A DNA stretch of 64,000 nt, taken from positions 362,641 through 426,640 of the forward strand of contig JBBTQW010000002.1 in the NCBI GenBank assembly GCA_038065495.1, written 5' to 3'. This document shows, in pieces, positions 27,203 through 35,858 of this stretch (the stretch's first letter is position 1; each line of letters opens with the position of its first letter). The DNA is from Patescibacteria group bacterium. GTDB taxonomy: Bacteria > Patescibacteriota > Minisyncoccia > Phycocordibacterales > JACOZG01. The notes beneath the pieces were generated by a model that was given only the letters and a program-made list of their open reading frames with translations, was not told where the DNA came from and ran no database searches. The position numbers and the translations under genes were made by a program.

Positions 27203-27442
27203 TTAAGAGCTTAAAGTATTAAGGTATTCTCGTCCAGCACCACTTTTTAGGAATTTTTCTCTGATTCTAGCTTCACTATAGCTTTCGAATTTTTCAGTGT
27301 AGATGATTATTAAAGGAGCAGACAACTTTGTGCTTCGATTTCTTCCACCATTGTGTCGCTTCAGTCTGTCGGCCAGATCTCTGGTGATGCCGACATATTT
27401 AAAATTCTTTTTCAAACTTTGTATGACGTAAACAAAAATCAT
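27203..27442 (-). CDS. GIY-YIG nuclease family protein (UPF0213/YhbQ-like)
   Basis: MIFVYVIQSLKKNFKYVGITRDLADRLKRHNGG carries the GIY-YIG core, R and HN residues. Adjacent to tRNA-Leu. Confidence 0.75.
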   Translation of the reverse strand: MIFVYVIQSLKKNFKYVGITRDLADRLKRHNGGRNRSTKLSAPLIIIYTEKFESYSEARIREKFLKSGAGREYLNTLSS

Positions 27443-27537
27443 TTTGTGTCTGCCAGCTCGTCTGCCTACGGCAGATTTCGCCATCCGCCACAGGCGGACA
27501 AGCCCGCGCTTGTTTACTTGGGAGATTATAACAAAAA

Positions 27538-27978
27538 CTAAGCCGTCGCTGTTTCGGTCACTTCAGCCTCTGGTTTTGTTTCTACTTTTTCTGTCTCTTC
27601 ACCGAGGACTTCGTCAGCCTCGGCTTTAGTGGTAAAGAGGTTGCGCATCTGGCGGCGGACTTCTTTGGCCGCTTTCTCGCGTACGTAATAGAGTTTAGAA
27701 CGTCTGACTCGAGCCTTTTTCAAGACTTCAATTTTATCGATATTTGGGGAATAAATAGGCAGGATTTTCTCCACGCCAATGCCGCCCACGATCCGGCGGA
27801 CGGTAAAAGTGCCACCAGCTTCTTTGCCATGCTTACGCGCGATAACCAAGCCTTCAAACGCTTGCAGGCGAGTTTTGCCTTTTTCTTGAATTTTCTGCCA
27901 CACACGCACGGTGTAGCCAGCGCGCAAATCTAGTTTAGCGCGCTTGGTCACATCTACGGGGGAAATCTTAAATGCCAT
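27538..27978 (-). CDS. rplS: 50S ribosomal protein L19 with an acidic C-terminal extension of about 30 aa
   Basis: MAFKISPVDVTKRAKLDLRAGYTVRVWQKIQEKGKTRLQAFEGLVIARKHG. Confidence 0.9.
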   Translation of the reverse strand: MAFKISPVDVTKRAKLDLRAGYTVRVWQKIQEKGKTRLQAFEGLVIARKHGKEAGGTFTVRRIVGGIGVEKILPIYSPNIDKIEVLKKARVRRSKLYYVREKAAKEVRRQMRNLFTTKAEADEVLGEETEKVETKPEAEVTETATA

Positions 27979-28004
27979 AAGAGTCACAATCTAGCACAAG
28001 CTGG

Positions 28005-28676
28005 TTAAGTCTTCAAGTCTGCTAGGGCTTTGGCAAAATCCGCTGGAATTGGGGCTTCAAAAAATCTTTCTGTCTTATCTGGCATTGGCACGGTGAGCTG
28101 GTACGCGTGTAGTGCCTGACGCTCCAGCCCGGGCAGAGACTTAGTGTGCGGCGCATAGAGCCGGTCACTAGCAATCGGGAAGCCGAGATACTTAAAGTGC
28201 ACACGGAGCTGATGCGTGCGGCCCGTGACCGGTCTCGCTTCGAGATAAGTGTAGCCTTTGCCGCTACCACCACGCGCGGGGAAGTTCTGGAGAATCTGAT
28301 AATGTGTCACCGCTTCGCGCTTCTCACCCACGGCGTGACCGCCAGCAATCCGCCGGCGCGCATCGCTTGGATGCCGGCCAATCGCGGCGGTGATTGTCCC
28401 CGTCGGCCGACCGGCTTCCGCTTTCAAGTTTCCAGCCACAATCGCGCGATAGACTTTCTTAATTTTTCGCTCTTTAAATTGCGCTTTGAGCCACTCGCTC
28501 ATCTTTTCATTTTTCGCGAGCAATAACAGGCCACTCGTATCGCGGTCCAGTCTGTGCGCGAGCTTGATATTCTTGTCTTTCTTCGCCAATTGCGCTTCCA
28601 CAGCGTACACGTCCTCACCAACAGGCTTATTTACCACCAAGATGTTTTCGTCCTGATAGATTACGGGGATTCTCAT
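28005..28676 (-). CDS. RluA-family pseudouridine synthase
   Basis: HRLDRDTSGLLLLAKN catalytic motif with Asp. Confidence 0.85.
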   Translation of the reverse strand: MRIPVIYQDENILVVNKPVGEDVYAVEAQLAKKDKNIKLAHRLDRDTSGLLLLAKNEKMSEWLKAQFKERKIKKVYRAIVAGNLKAEAGRPTGTITAAIGRHPSDARRRIAGGHAVGEKREAVTHYQILQNFPARGGSGKGYTYLEARPVTGRTHQLRVHFKYLGFPIASDRLYAPHTKSLPGLERQALHAYQLTVPMPDKTERFFEAPIPADFAKALADLKT

Positions 28677-28797
28677 CTGCTCATCCTAGCATACTTGACT
28701 TCTTAACTCTAGTGTGATAGGGTGGGAGTCGGTACAAGTTCTTTGACTGACGATGGTCGTTGGTTAAGTTGAGATAACATTTTTGGAGGATATTCCC

Positions 28798-29238
28798 GTG
28801 AAGCCAATAATGGCCTTTGTACTGGCGGTAATTGTGGTGTTTGGCGGTGTCATCTGGGTTTTGTTTTCGGGCGATGCCTTCCTTGTGGAAAGACAAAAGA
28901 AAAGGACGGCAGCTTTTTATGCCTCTCTTCCGAAAGAAACTCGAGAGGCCAAAGACGAAATCAGGGCCGAATTGCCTAAGAGCAAGAGAGGTGATTTCAT
29001 TGTTTACGGAAAGGAGGTAGGAGATAAGCGAGACAGTGTTGAACCAGATGACATTGTCTGTGTTACAAAGATCAACGGTGGCAGAGTTTTTCTCCGATCT
29101 TGTGGTGGCCATGAATTTTCTCGCCATGTGGACGTAATGTATGTCTATGTTAGCGAAGTCGTTTCTTCTTCCGATCAGGTGAGATGGGCAAGTTTGGCTC
29201 ATAAGTATCTCACTGACTTTCGTGAGGGCGACAACTAG
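28798..29238 (+). CDS. Hypothetical membrane-anchored protein
   Basis: GGAGGA RBS and GTG start. One N-terminal TM helix. The overlapping antisense ORF 28681-29334 is judged spurious. Confidence 0.4.
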   Translation: MKPIMAFVLAVIVVFGGVIWVLFSGDAFLVERQKKRTAAFYASLPKETREAKDEIRAELPKSKRGDFIVYGKEVGDKRDSVEPDDIVCVTKINGGRVFLRSCGGHEFSRHVDVMYVYVSEVVSSSDQVRWASLAHKYLTDFREGDN

Positions 29239-29312
29239 ACTGGCATTGTTCCAAAGGTCGGATCGAGGTGTCCCCGAGTCCGCGCTCTCGCAAGGGAGAA
29301 AAAATAGGGCAC

Positions 29313-29343
29313 GAGTGGGGCAATCCAGCCTCACTCTTTTTTA
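29313..29343 (+). terminator. Intrinsic terminator gagtggggc-aatcca-gcctcactc plus T6
   Basis: 9-bp stem with one G·U pair, then TTTTTT. Confidence 0.65.
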
Positions 29344-29363
29344 TTCTCTAAATCTAGAAAGTT

Positions 29364-29392
29364 TGTCAGAACTCACTTTCTCACTTATGCTG
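29364..29392 (+). promoter_or_regulatory. Promoter TTGTCA-N17-TATGCT upstream of tRNA-Val
   Basis: TTGTCAgaactcactttctcactTATGCTgg. Confidence 0.4.
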
Positions 29393-29416
29393 GAGGGGGA
29401 AGTAAGGAAATGTTTT

Positions 29417-29488
29417 GGGCGATTAGCTCAGTGGTAGAGCAGCGCTTTTACACAGCGAAGGTCAGGGGTTCAAATCCCTTATCGCCCA
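29417..29488 (+). tRNA. tRNA-Val (anticodon TAC)
   Basis: GGGCGAUUAGCUCAGUGGUAGAGCAGCGCUUUUACACAGCGAAGGUCAGGGGUUCAAAUCCCUUAUCGCCCA. Anticodon loop UUUACAC. Confidence 0.85.
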
Positions 29489-29537
29489 CATTTGACTTGG
29501 CTTGATTGGGGTTAGAGTCTCATGCTATAATCCCTAT

Positions 29538-29849
29538 GTGCCGTACAAACTCAAAAAGGACTTATACGAAGCACAGAAAAGACATCGCCTGCGAGTCAGG
29601 GAACAACTATTCGAGTACCTGTCGTCGAAGAGGTGTGTTGATTGTGGAGAGGATGATCCGGTGGTACTTGAGTTTGACCACGTTCGTCCAAGCAAAAAGT
29701 TTAAGCAAATATCCAAAATGCTTTCTGGCCACTATTCTTGGGCGTCGGTTCGGCGGGAAATTGCCAAGTGCGAAATAAGATGTGCGAATTGCCATAGGCG
29801 GAAAACTTATGTACAGTTGAAGTGTTTCGGAAGAAGCAAGCCCCTGTAG
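29538..29849 (+). CDS. HNH endonuclease (His-Me finger with CxxC...CxxC zinc site)
   Basis: CVDCGEDDPVVLEFDHVRP...KCEIRCANCHRRK. Internal extended -10 TGCTATAAT at 29523-31 suggests a leaderless GTG start. The track ORF begins at 29502. Confidence 0.6.
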   Translation: MPYKLKKDLYEAQKRHRLRVREQLFEYLSSKRCVDCGEDDPVVLEFDHVRPSKKFKQISKMLSGHYSWASVRREIAKCEIRCANCHRRKTYVQLKCFGRSKPL

Positions 29850-29911
29850 TTAAATGGATATAACTGCGGACTTCTAAGCCGCTATTCGAGGTTCGATTCC
29901 TCGCGGGGGCA
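29840..29911 (+). tRNA. tRNA-Arg (anticodon TCT)
   Basis: GCCCCUGUAGUUAAAUGGAUAUAACUGCGGACUUCUAAGCCGCUAUUCGAGGUUCGAUUCCUCGCGGGGGCA. Arg-type D-loop. Overlaps the last 10 nt of the HNH ORF. Confidence 0.8.
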
Positions 29912-29914
29912 CAA

Positions 29915-30241
29915 CTAGATCGACGGATCAGTCACTTTTTCTGGCGCAATCAAGAGTGTGTCAAGCTTAGCCTGGCGGGCAGATAATTCGTCACTGTATT
30001 TTTGCAATTCAGCACGGTTGAGCTTGGGTAGAGTAGAACTGGCAGAAATGATAGCCGGGTTTTCTGGATCATTGCTCAGATTATTTAAATAAGCAGGATA
30101 ATTATTGAGCTGATAGTTTAGCCAAGCGTAAACGGCAAGCAAGATAATCACGCAAGCGAGAGCCCCGGCCAGCAACCAACGCCAATCGCGCTCGGGTTGG
30201 AAGGGTGGTGGTTTGGGATTTTTTTTAAATAAACTAAACAT
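29915..30241 (-). CDS. Small single-TM protein, last gene of the pilM operon (PilP-like or pilus assembly accessory?)
   Basis: 108 aa. One TM helix WRWLLAGALACVIILLAVYAWL. Position downstream of pilO. Confidence 0.35.
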   Translation of the reverse strand: MFSLFKKNPKPPPFQPERDWRWLLAGALACVIILLAVYAWLNYQLNNYPAYLNNLSNDPENPAIISASSTLPKLNRAELQKYSDELSARQAKLDTLLIAPEKVTDPSI

Positions 30242-30262
30242 GATTTTATTTTAAATGATTAA

Positions 30263-30793
30263 TTATAAATCCAGACTAGCTTGCAGTTGCCACTCTGGCG
30301 CTTTTTTATTTTCTTCTACACCTTGGCGACTCAGTGTGACTTGAGTAAAAGTAAACTGCGTGGGTAATTGCTCCAGCAAGGCCGCGTAGTGCCAGAGCTG
30401 GCTAAACGAGCCCTTGGCCGTGAGCGCAATCTTGAGCTTGCTCGTTTTATCAGCTGGAGTAACGCTATTGAGTGTTAGTTCCGTGCCGGTGCTGGTAGCG
30501 AGCGTCTCTAGTTGATCAATAAATTCCGGCAAAGCGTCGGCGCTAATGAGCGAATCGTGCAGAGCTTGGCGTGCCGTGACGGTCTCGGCCAGCATTGCCT
30601 GCCAGTCAGTTTCTTGCGAGGCTTCCAGATTAGCCACATTTTTCTCTAGCAGTAATTCTCGATATCTTTCTTGAGCGTGTAGGCCATACCAAATGCCACC
30701 AGCTAGCGCTAGCAAGGCGATTAGGTCGATAGCAATCACTAGCCAGCCGAGCGACAGGCTATTCTTGTTTTGCTGGTTATTATTTTCTGGCAT
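30263..30793 (-). CDS. pilO: Type IV pilus assembly protein PilO-like
   Basis: 176 aa. N-terminal TM helix then a periplasmic coiled-coil/ferredoxin-like domain. Operon context pilM-N-O. Confidence 0.5.
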   Translation of the reverse strand: MPENNNQQNKNSLSLGWLVIAIDLIALLALAGGIWYGLHAQERYRELLLEKNVANLEASQETDWQAMLAETVTARQALHDSLISADALPEFIDQLETLATSTGTELTLNSVTPADKTSKLKIALTAKGSFSQLWHYAALLEQLPTQFTFTQVTLSRQGVEENKKAPEWQLQASLDL

Positions 30794-30802
30794 GTTGATT
30801 GG

Positions 30803-31348
30803 CTAATTTTTGGCTCGCGCGAGTGTTAGTTTGAGTGTAAAGTCGATATCCTTGCTCCGGATCAGGTTGGAAACTGGCGACTCAACATTTGCAAATCTCT
30901 CGTCGCGCTTAAGTGTCTCGATAAACTGGAGCAATCCTGCTCGCGTCGCGGCTTGGCCGGCGATCTCGAGCGTGGCGCTCTCGGTGCCGGCGCCAGCCTG
31001 CCACCGCCAACCGGCTAGTGCCACACTAGCCGGTTGGCTGGCGAGCGTGGCTCGCCAGAGCGCGGTGAGAGCCGCGCGCGGTGGTAGACTCTTGATCGCT
31101 TGCAAGTCAGCACTCGCGGCTTGTAACTCTTGCTTGGTGGCTTGGCGGGCCAGTGCGGCGGCGTCTGGCTCGCTACTGGTCGTCGCTAGCGCATTAGTTT
31201 CGCGATGCAGTTGCCACAAAATCAAACTGCCCAGGATTAGCGCCACAATCAAGAGCGCTAAAATGATAAAACCAGCCACCACCAGTCTCCGGTGACGGAT
31301 TTCTTGTCTTAACTGCAGTTTGGTCGCTGGTGTGAGGAGGTTAATCAT
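30803..31348 (-). CDS. pilN: Type IV pilus assembly protein PilN-like
   Basis: Starts MINLLTPATKLQLRQEIRHRRLVVAGFIILALLIV, a typical PilN N-terminus. The track ORF 30803-31699 extends spuriously upstream into pilM. Confidence 0.55.
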   Translation of the reverse strand: MINLLTPATKLQLRQEIRHRRLVVAGFIILALLIVALILGSLILWQLHRETNALATTSSEPDAAALARQATKQELQAASADLQAIKSLPPRAALTALWRATLASQPASVALAGWRWQAGAGTESATLEIAGQAATRAGLLQFIETLKRDERFANVESPVSNLIRSKDIDFTLKLTLARAKN

Positions 31349-31352
31349 GAGT

Positions 31353-32453
31353 TTAGTTGGGGATAAAAGTCTTGAGGGCGAGGCCGATGGCTGTGGCATA
31401 GCGGAGCGAGGCGGTTTGGGATAAATCAGGCACAGTTTGATTGAGCTCCAGCACATTGTTCCAAACTTGGCCCAGCTCGACCTGGAGCGGCAAGTGAGCA
31501 TTGAGATACTCCACCAAGCCGGGCAGGGCCGCCTCGCCGCCGCAGAGCACGGCGCGCTGGAGCGCCACGCGTTCCTCCACCACTTGCCAATGATCATGCC
31601 AGAAGCTCTGGAGCTTAAGCACTTCGTCGCGGAGCACGGAGAGTGCCGGCACAATGGCCGTGAGGCGGGCTGCGCTATCCTCACCAGCCAGCAAGCCACG
31701 CGTGAACTTAACTTGTTCGGCTTCGGGCGTTTTTAAGTTCAGACTTTTCTCCAGCGCGCGAGTGATAATATCTCCGCCGAGTTGCGCCGAAGTGAAAGTG
31801 AATAAGACTTGCTGGCCGCGGACAATAAAGAAGCTCGTGCGCGTTTTGCCAAAGTCGATGATCATCGCCGTTTCGCGACTCGTCACTGGCACTAGCGCTC
31901 GCGCCACCGCTTGCGCTTCAATTTCAAAAGCGCGCGGCCGCAGACCAGCCGCTTGCAGGACTTCCTCATAATCTTGAACTAGTTGCGCCGGCAGGGCGGA
32001 GACTAAAGCCGCCGGCGCTAGCGAGGTGGTGTTGGGCCGGATCTGTACCGGCTCGTAATCAAAGACTGTCTCGCCCGGCGGCAAGGGCACGTATTCTTCC
32101 AGCTGCAGCTCAATCAATTCACGCCAGTCGCCATTGGCCGCTGCGCCCACGATTGGCATCCGGGCAATGTAGGCTTTTTCTTCCGGCAAGGCGGCCACCA
32201 CATTCTCTAGTTTCCATTCTAGTTTAGCCTGCTTAAGAATCTCAATTAAGGCCGGTTTATTTTTGATCTCGCCCGCTTGGACAATATCGAGCGGCAGAAC
32301 TTTCTCACCGTAAGCGCTAAGTTCTAAACTGCTTTTGCCCGTTCGCAAGCGCACAAACTTGAGTGACCGGTCAGACAAATCTAAACCATCAGCTGGTAAC
32401 GCCAAGTATCTTGGCGGCGGGAAGAGCTTGGCAAAGAGTCCCACTTTCATCAC
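31353..32453 (-). CDS. pilM: Type IV pilus assembly ATPase-like protein PilM (actin/HSP70 fold)
   Basis: 366 aa with an FtsA/PilM-like fold. Followed by pilN and pilO. Confidence 0.75.
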   Translation of the reverse strand: MMKVGLFAKLFPPPRYLALPADGLDLSDRSLKFVRLRTGKSSLELSAYGEKVLPLDIVQAGEIKNKPALIEILKQAKLEWKLENVVAALPEEKAYIARMPIVGAAANGDWRELIELQLEEYVPLPPGETVFDYEPVQIRPNTTSLAPAALVSALPAQLVQDYEEVLQAAGLRPRAFEIEAQAVARALVPVTSRETAMIIDFGKTRTSFFIVRGQQVLFTFTSAQLGGDIITRALEKSLNLKTPEAEQVKFTRGLLAGEDSAARLTAIVPALSVLRDEVLKLQSFWHDHWQVVEERVALQRAVLCGGEAALPGLVEYLNAHLPLQVELGQVWNNVLELNQTVPDLSQTASLRYATAIGLALKTFIPN

Positions 32454-32458
32454 TTATA

Positions 32459-32857
32459 TTATAACCTATCAAGATAAGTTTGGAGAATCAGCGCGGCGGC
32501 CGAGTCATCCATTCGCGCCATTTTTTTGCCAGAATTAGCCTGACCATCTAGTGCACGCTTGGCGAGCATCGAGGTTAGCCACTCCGGTTCCAGAATTATT
32601 TCTAAATTAGTCTTAGTTTCTAGATCTTTCTTAAATTCCCGAATCTCTTTCATAATCTGATTATCTTGGCGTTGATAATTTAGCGATTCACCAAGCACAA
32701 TTTTCCCCACTTTTTTCTGCCCACACAAGTTGGCGATTTTCTCCACCAAGTCTTTGCGGTTATTTAAAATACTTTCGGGGAAGGCGATTTTCCCCGATTC
32801 ATCAGACAAGGCGAGTCCAACTCTTTGCGCGCCGTAATCAATGCCAAGATAACGCAT
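32459..32857 (-). CDS. ruvX: Putative pre-16S rRNA nuclease / Holliday junction resolvase-like YqgF (RuvX)
   Basis: MRYLGIDYGAQRVGLALSDESG, a typical YqgF N-terminus with catalytic Asp. Confidence 0.8.
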   Translation of the reverse strand: MRYLGIDYGAQRVGLALSDESGKIAFPESILNNRKDLVEKIANLCGQKKVGKIVLGESLNYQRQDNQIMKEIREFKKDLETKTNLEIILEPEWLTSMLAKRALDGQANSGKKMARMDDSAAALILQTYLDRL

Positions 32858-32886
32858 AATTATTACTTATGTTAACATAGATAAAT

Positions 32887-33126
32887 ATGACAATGTTCAC
32901 AACCGAGACAGTACAACAATTAGTGCAGTTCTGGTGGCTTGGGCCACTGATCTTGGTGGACCTCGTCGCCAAGGGTTTTGGTCTCTGGTACGCGGCCAAG
33001 CGAGGGCAGAAGACTTGGTTCATCGCCATTCTGGTAGTCAACTCTTTTGCGATCTTGCCGTTGATTTATCTCTTCTTAGTCGCTAGGATTCAGGATGGTT
33101 CATCAAGCGAGAAACTTGGTGGGTAA
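32887..33126 (+). CDS. Small 2-TM membrane protein, hypothetical
   Basis: 79 aa, hydrophobic. Confidence 0.35.
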   Translation: MTMFTTETVQQLVQFWWLGPLILVDLVAKGFGLWYAAKRGQKTWFIAILVVNSFAILPLIYLFLVARIQDGSSSEKLGG

Positions 33127-33144
33127 GCAGGATGGAATAAGCCA

Positions 33145-33234
33145 GGATGGGTGGCCGAGTGGTTTAAGGCAACAGTCTTGAAAACTGTCATACGGGAAAC
33201 CGTATCGTGAGTTCGAATCTCACCCCATCCGCCA
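33145..33234 (+). tRNA. tRNA-Ser (anticodon TGA), CCA encoded
   Basis: GGAUGGGUGGCCGAGUGGUUUAAGGCAACAGUCUUGAAAACUGUCAUACGGGAAACCGUAUCGUGAGUUCGAAUCUCACCCCAUCCGCCA. Long variable arm. Confidence 0.85.
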
Positions 33235-33241
33235 GATAATC

Positions 33242-33841
33242 ATGAATAATTTTAAGGATCTGATTAGCCACGATGATTACGAGATAGTGATCTCTGGTCA
33301 AAAGATTTTGGTTAAAGATGGGGTTTTTACACCCGATTCGGTGGTTACCAATTCAACCTCGATTATTCTACGGCATTTGCCTGTTGTAAAAAATTGCGAT
33401 GTCTTGGATATGGGAACCGGTACTGGTGTAATAGCTATTGAGTGTGCTAGGAACCTGGCTCGCCATGTCGTAGCGGTGGATAACAGCGAAGTTGCGCTTG
33501 CTAACGCTCGAGAAAACATTTCTGCATCTAAATTAAAAAATATCGATTTAATAAAATCTGATTTGTATCAGAATGTGACTGGCAGTTTTGATTATATCTT
33601 CGCTAATTTACCGATTGATGATGAGATCTGGGACATGAAAGAACAAACCACGAGCTTGGTCGAGCGGTTTCTACAGCAATCGAGAGAGTATCTTAATAAA
33701 AATGGTCAGATTTATTTAACCTGGTTTTCAATTTCTGACCCTGCTAGAATAAAAGAGATTATAAATAAATTGGGGTACTATTATCAGGTGATTTCAGAAG
33801 AAAAGTTTGGTTTTACTTGGTGTTTATTCTTAATTAGTTAA
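33242..33841 (+). CDS. Class I SAM-dependent methyltransferase (HemK/PrmC- or RsmC-like)
   Basis: VLDMGTGTGVIAIE motif I. FANLPI resembles the NPPY-type motif IV. Confidence 0.65.
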   Translation: MNNFKDLISHDDYEIVISGQKILVKDGVFTPDSVVTNSTSIILRHLPVVKNCDVLDMGTGTGVIAIECARNLARHVVAVDNSEVALANARENISASKLKNIDLIKSDLYQNVTGSFDYIFANLPIDDEIWDMKEQTTSLVERFLQQSREYLNKNGQIYLTWFSISDPARIKEIINKLGYYYQVISEEKFGFTWCLFLIS

Positions 33842-33867
33842 CGCGTCATTCAAGTTAGCATTCCACT

Positions 33868-34542
33868 ATGGATTTATCGAAACAATACAATAATTTTGCG
33901 GGTGATTTTTCGAAGAATCAGGATCTTGGGGTAAAAAGCAATCGATTAAATCGAGAGATCTTTTATGGTCATCTTGATTTTGTAAAGCCAGGAATGCGGC
34001 TCCTTGATCTTGCTTGCGGTGACGGACTTGATCTGGTTTATTACAAAAATTTGGGCGCAGAGACATTCGGGCTAGACGCTTCAGAGGAGTTGGTCAAGAT
34101 TGCAAAAGAGAGAAATCCTGAGGCGGATATCAGAGTTGGCCTTTTCGAAAGTATACCCTTTGCAGATAATTTTTTCGATATTGTGCTTAGTAAATATGCT
34201 ATCCAGACTTCTACTGATATGAGACCTGTTTTTTCAGAAATTCATCGGGTTTTGAAGGCGGGAGGTGTGATGATGTATTTGGTGGTACACCCCTTTCGGC
34301 AATTTTTCGAGAAAAAACAAAATAATGCCGACTATTTTGAACAAAAGATAGTTGATTCAAATATTTTAAATAATTCGATTTTAGTCAAAGAGCCAACTCA
34401 CGTGATGACGGAGTTTTTAAACGATTTTTTGTTCCAAAATTTTGATGTTCAGGCCTACGACGAACGCTGGGATCCAGCGGCCGAGTTTATTGAGGGCAAA
34501 AAATATCCAGGTTTCTTTATTCTTAAAGCAAAGAAGCGCTAG
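33868..34542 (+). CDS. Class I SAM-dependent methyltransferase (Methyltransf_11/UbiE-like)
   Basis: LLDLACGDGLDL motif I. DIVLSKYAIQ. Confidence 0.7.
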   Translation: MDLSKQYNNFAGDFSKNQDLGVKSNRLNREIFYGHLDFVKPGMRLLDLACGDGLDLVYYKNLGAETFGLDASEELVKIAKERNPEADIRVGLFESIPFADNFFDIVLSKYAIQTSTDMRPVFSEIHRVLKAGGVMMYLVVHPFRQFFEKKQNNADYFEQKIVDSNILNNSILVKEPTHVMTEFLNDFLFQNFDVQAYDERWDPAAEFIEGKKYPGFFILKAKKR

Positions 34543-34611
34543 AGTTTCTCAGTCTGTGATTATAAACATAAGATGTCGCCAAAATTGTTTTTTAGTTCGT
34601 GTTATAATTAA

Positions 34612-35085
34612 TTGATGTCGACGATTGAAGTAATCGAGTGGTCAGCGCCAGAATATACTTATTATCCCAAGACCCAGAACTGGTACTGGGGCGTGGCCAC
34701 GGTGGCTGGCGTGCTGGTGCTCGTTGCGCTCTTTACTGTTAATCTCTTGCTGGCGATTATGATCGTGATTGCCGCCTTTGCGGTGATGATGTACGGCGCG
34801 CGGCCGCCAGAGGTGATCAAGTTCGCGCTCACGCGCAGGGGCGTGCGCTTCCACACTCGGCTCTATCCTTACGACCAACTCAAATCTTTCTGGATTATCG
34901 AGGATCACAACAGGCGGAAAATTATTCTGGAGTCTGATAGATTAGTCCTGCCACACATTGTGGTGCCGCTGGTGGAGAGCGTGAATGCCGAGACCGTGCG
35001 CGAATACTTAAGAAACCGCAACTTGCCGGAAGTGAGACAAGAAGAAAGTTTGGCTGACATTTTATCTGACTATTTCGGCTTCTAA
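34612..35085 (+). CDS. Hypothetical membrane protein
   Basis: 157 aa. Two TM helices near the N-terminus. Confidence 0.4.
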   Translation: MMSTIEVIEWSAPEYTYYPKTQNWYWGVATVAGVLVLVALFTVNLLLAIMIVIAAFAVMMYGARPPEVIKFALTRRGVRFHTRLYPYDQLKSFWIIEDHNRRKIILESDRLVLPHIVVPLVESVNAETVREYLRNRNLPEVRQEESLADILSDYFGF

Positions 35086-35109
35086 GCTTTTGTGTTAAGG
35101 TAAAAATAA

Positions 35110-35181
35110 GCTCTCGTAGTTCAATGGATAGAACGCAGGTTTGCGGAACCTGCGATGTAGGTTCGATTCCTACCGAGAGCA
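35110..35181 (+). tRNA. tRNA-Arg-like (anticodon reads GCG; Arg-type D-loop)
   Basis: GCUCUCGUAGUUCAAUGGAUAGAACGCAGGUUUGCGGAACCUGCGAUGUAGGUUCGAUUCCUACCGAGAGCA. Perfect acceptor and T-arm. Anticodon loop UUGCGGA. Confidence 0.7.
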
Positions 35182-35182
35182 C

Positions 35183-35692
35183 ATGTTGTTTACTGGCAAA
35201 GGCGACAGTGGTGAGACGAGCTTATTTGGCTCTAGCGCTAGAATCTCCAAAAATTCGAGTAGAATACAAGCGTTGGGAAGTTTAGATGAGTTAAATTCTT
35301 GGCTCGGCGTGTGCAAGGCGAAAGCTGGCGCTGAAGTTCAGTCAGAATTAGCCGAAGTGCAACAGAATTTGTTTATTATTCAAGCTGAGCTGGCTGGCGT
35401 GCCAAAAAATATTGAAGAAAGTAAAGTAAAAAATTTAGGCGAGAGAGTAGAACAGATAGAAAAGCTCTTGCCAGCGATTCACACTTTTTTCCTCCCCGGC
35501 GGGAGCGAACTGGCCGCGCACTTGGACTATGCGCGCACGGTGGCTCGCCGGGCAGAGCGGTCGGTGATTGGCGAGAAACTTGGCGAATTCTCGCTGGCTT
35601 ATTTGAACAGGCTATCTTCGCTCCTCTATGCGCTGGCTCGACTAGAGAACCATAAGTCTGGTATAAAGGAGGAGAAACCTACTTACGAGTAG
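35183..35692 (+). CDS. PduO-type ATP:cob(I)alamin adenosyltransferase-like protein
   Basis: MLFTGKGDSGETSL...LGSLDELNSWLG, the signature of the PduO/MMAB family. Starts 2 nt after the tRNA. The track ORF 35141 overlaps the tRNA. Confidence 0.7.
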   Translation: MLFTGKGDSGETSLFGSSARISKNSSRIQALGSLDELNSWLGVCKAKAGAEVQSELAEVQQNLFIIQAELAGVPKNIEESKVKNLGERVEQIEKLLPAIHTFFLPGGSELAAHLDYARTVARRAERSVIGEKLGEFSLAYLNRLSSLLYALARLENHKSGIKEEKPTYE

Positions 35693-35729
35693 GCGAAGGG
35701 AGACACGCCAGCCCGAGGCTGACAAGCAT

Positions 35730-35794
35730 GGTGCCTATGGTGTAACGGTTAACACTAGAGATTGTGGATCTCTCAATCTGGGTTCGATTCCCAG
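35730..35794 (+). tRNA. tRNA-His (anticodon GTG) with G-1 and encoded CCA
   Basis: GGUGCCUAUGGUGUAACGGUUAACACUAGAGAUUGUGGAUCUCUCAAUCUGGGUUCGAUUCCCAGUAGGCACCCCA. Confidence 0.85.
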
Positions 35795-35858
35795 TAGGCA
35801 CCCCAAATAGAGGACGTTGGAATAATCGATGACTTTTTGAGTTTAAACTGTTAGAGTT

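Noticed and set aside
28681-29334. 217-aa minus-strand ORF overlapping the 28798-29238 plus-strand gene
   Set aside because: Low-complexity, Cys/Arg-rich translation with no RBS or promoter. The plus-strand gene has a good RBS, a promoter-like upstream region and a terminator. Judged an antisense artefact.
30803-31699. 298-aa ORF in the track spanning pilN and running 350 nt into pilM on another frame
   Set aside because: The N-terminal 117 aa are Cys/Arg/Trp-rich nonsense overlapping pilM. The real PilN starts at the internal Met (MINLLTPATK) 4 nt after the pilM stop.
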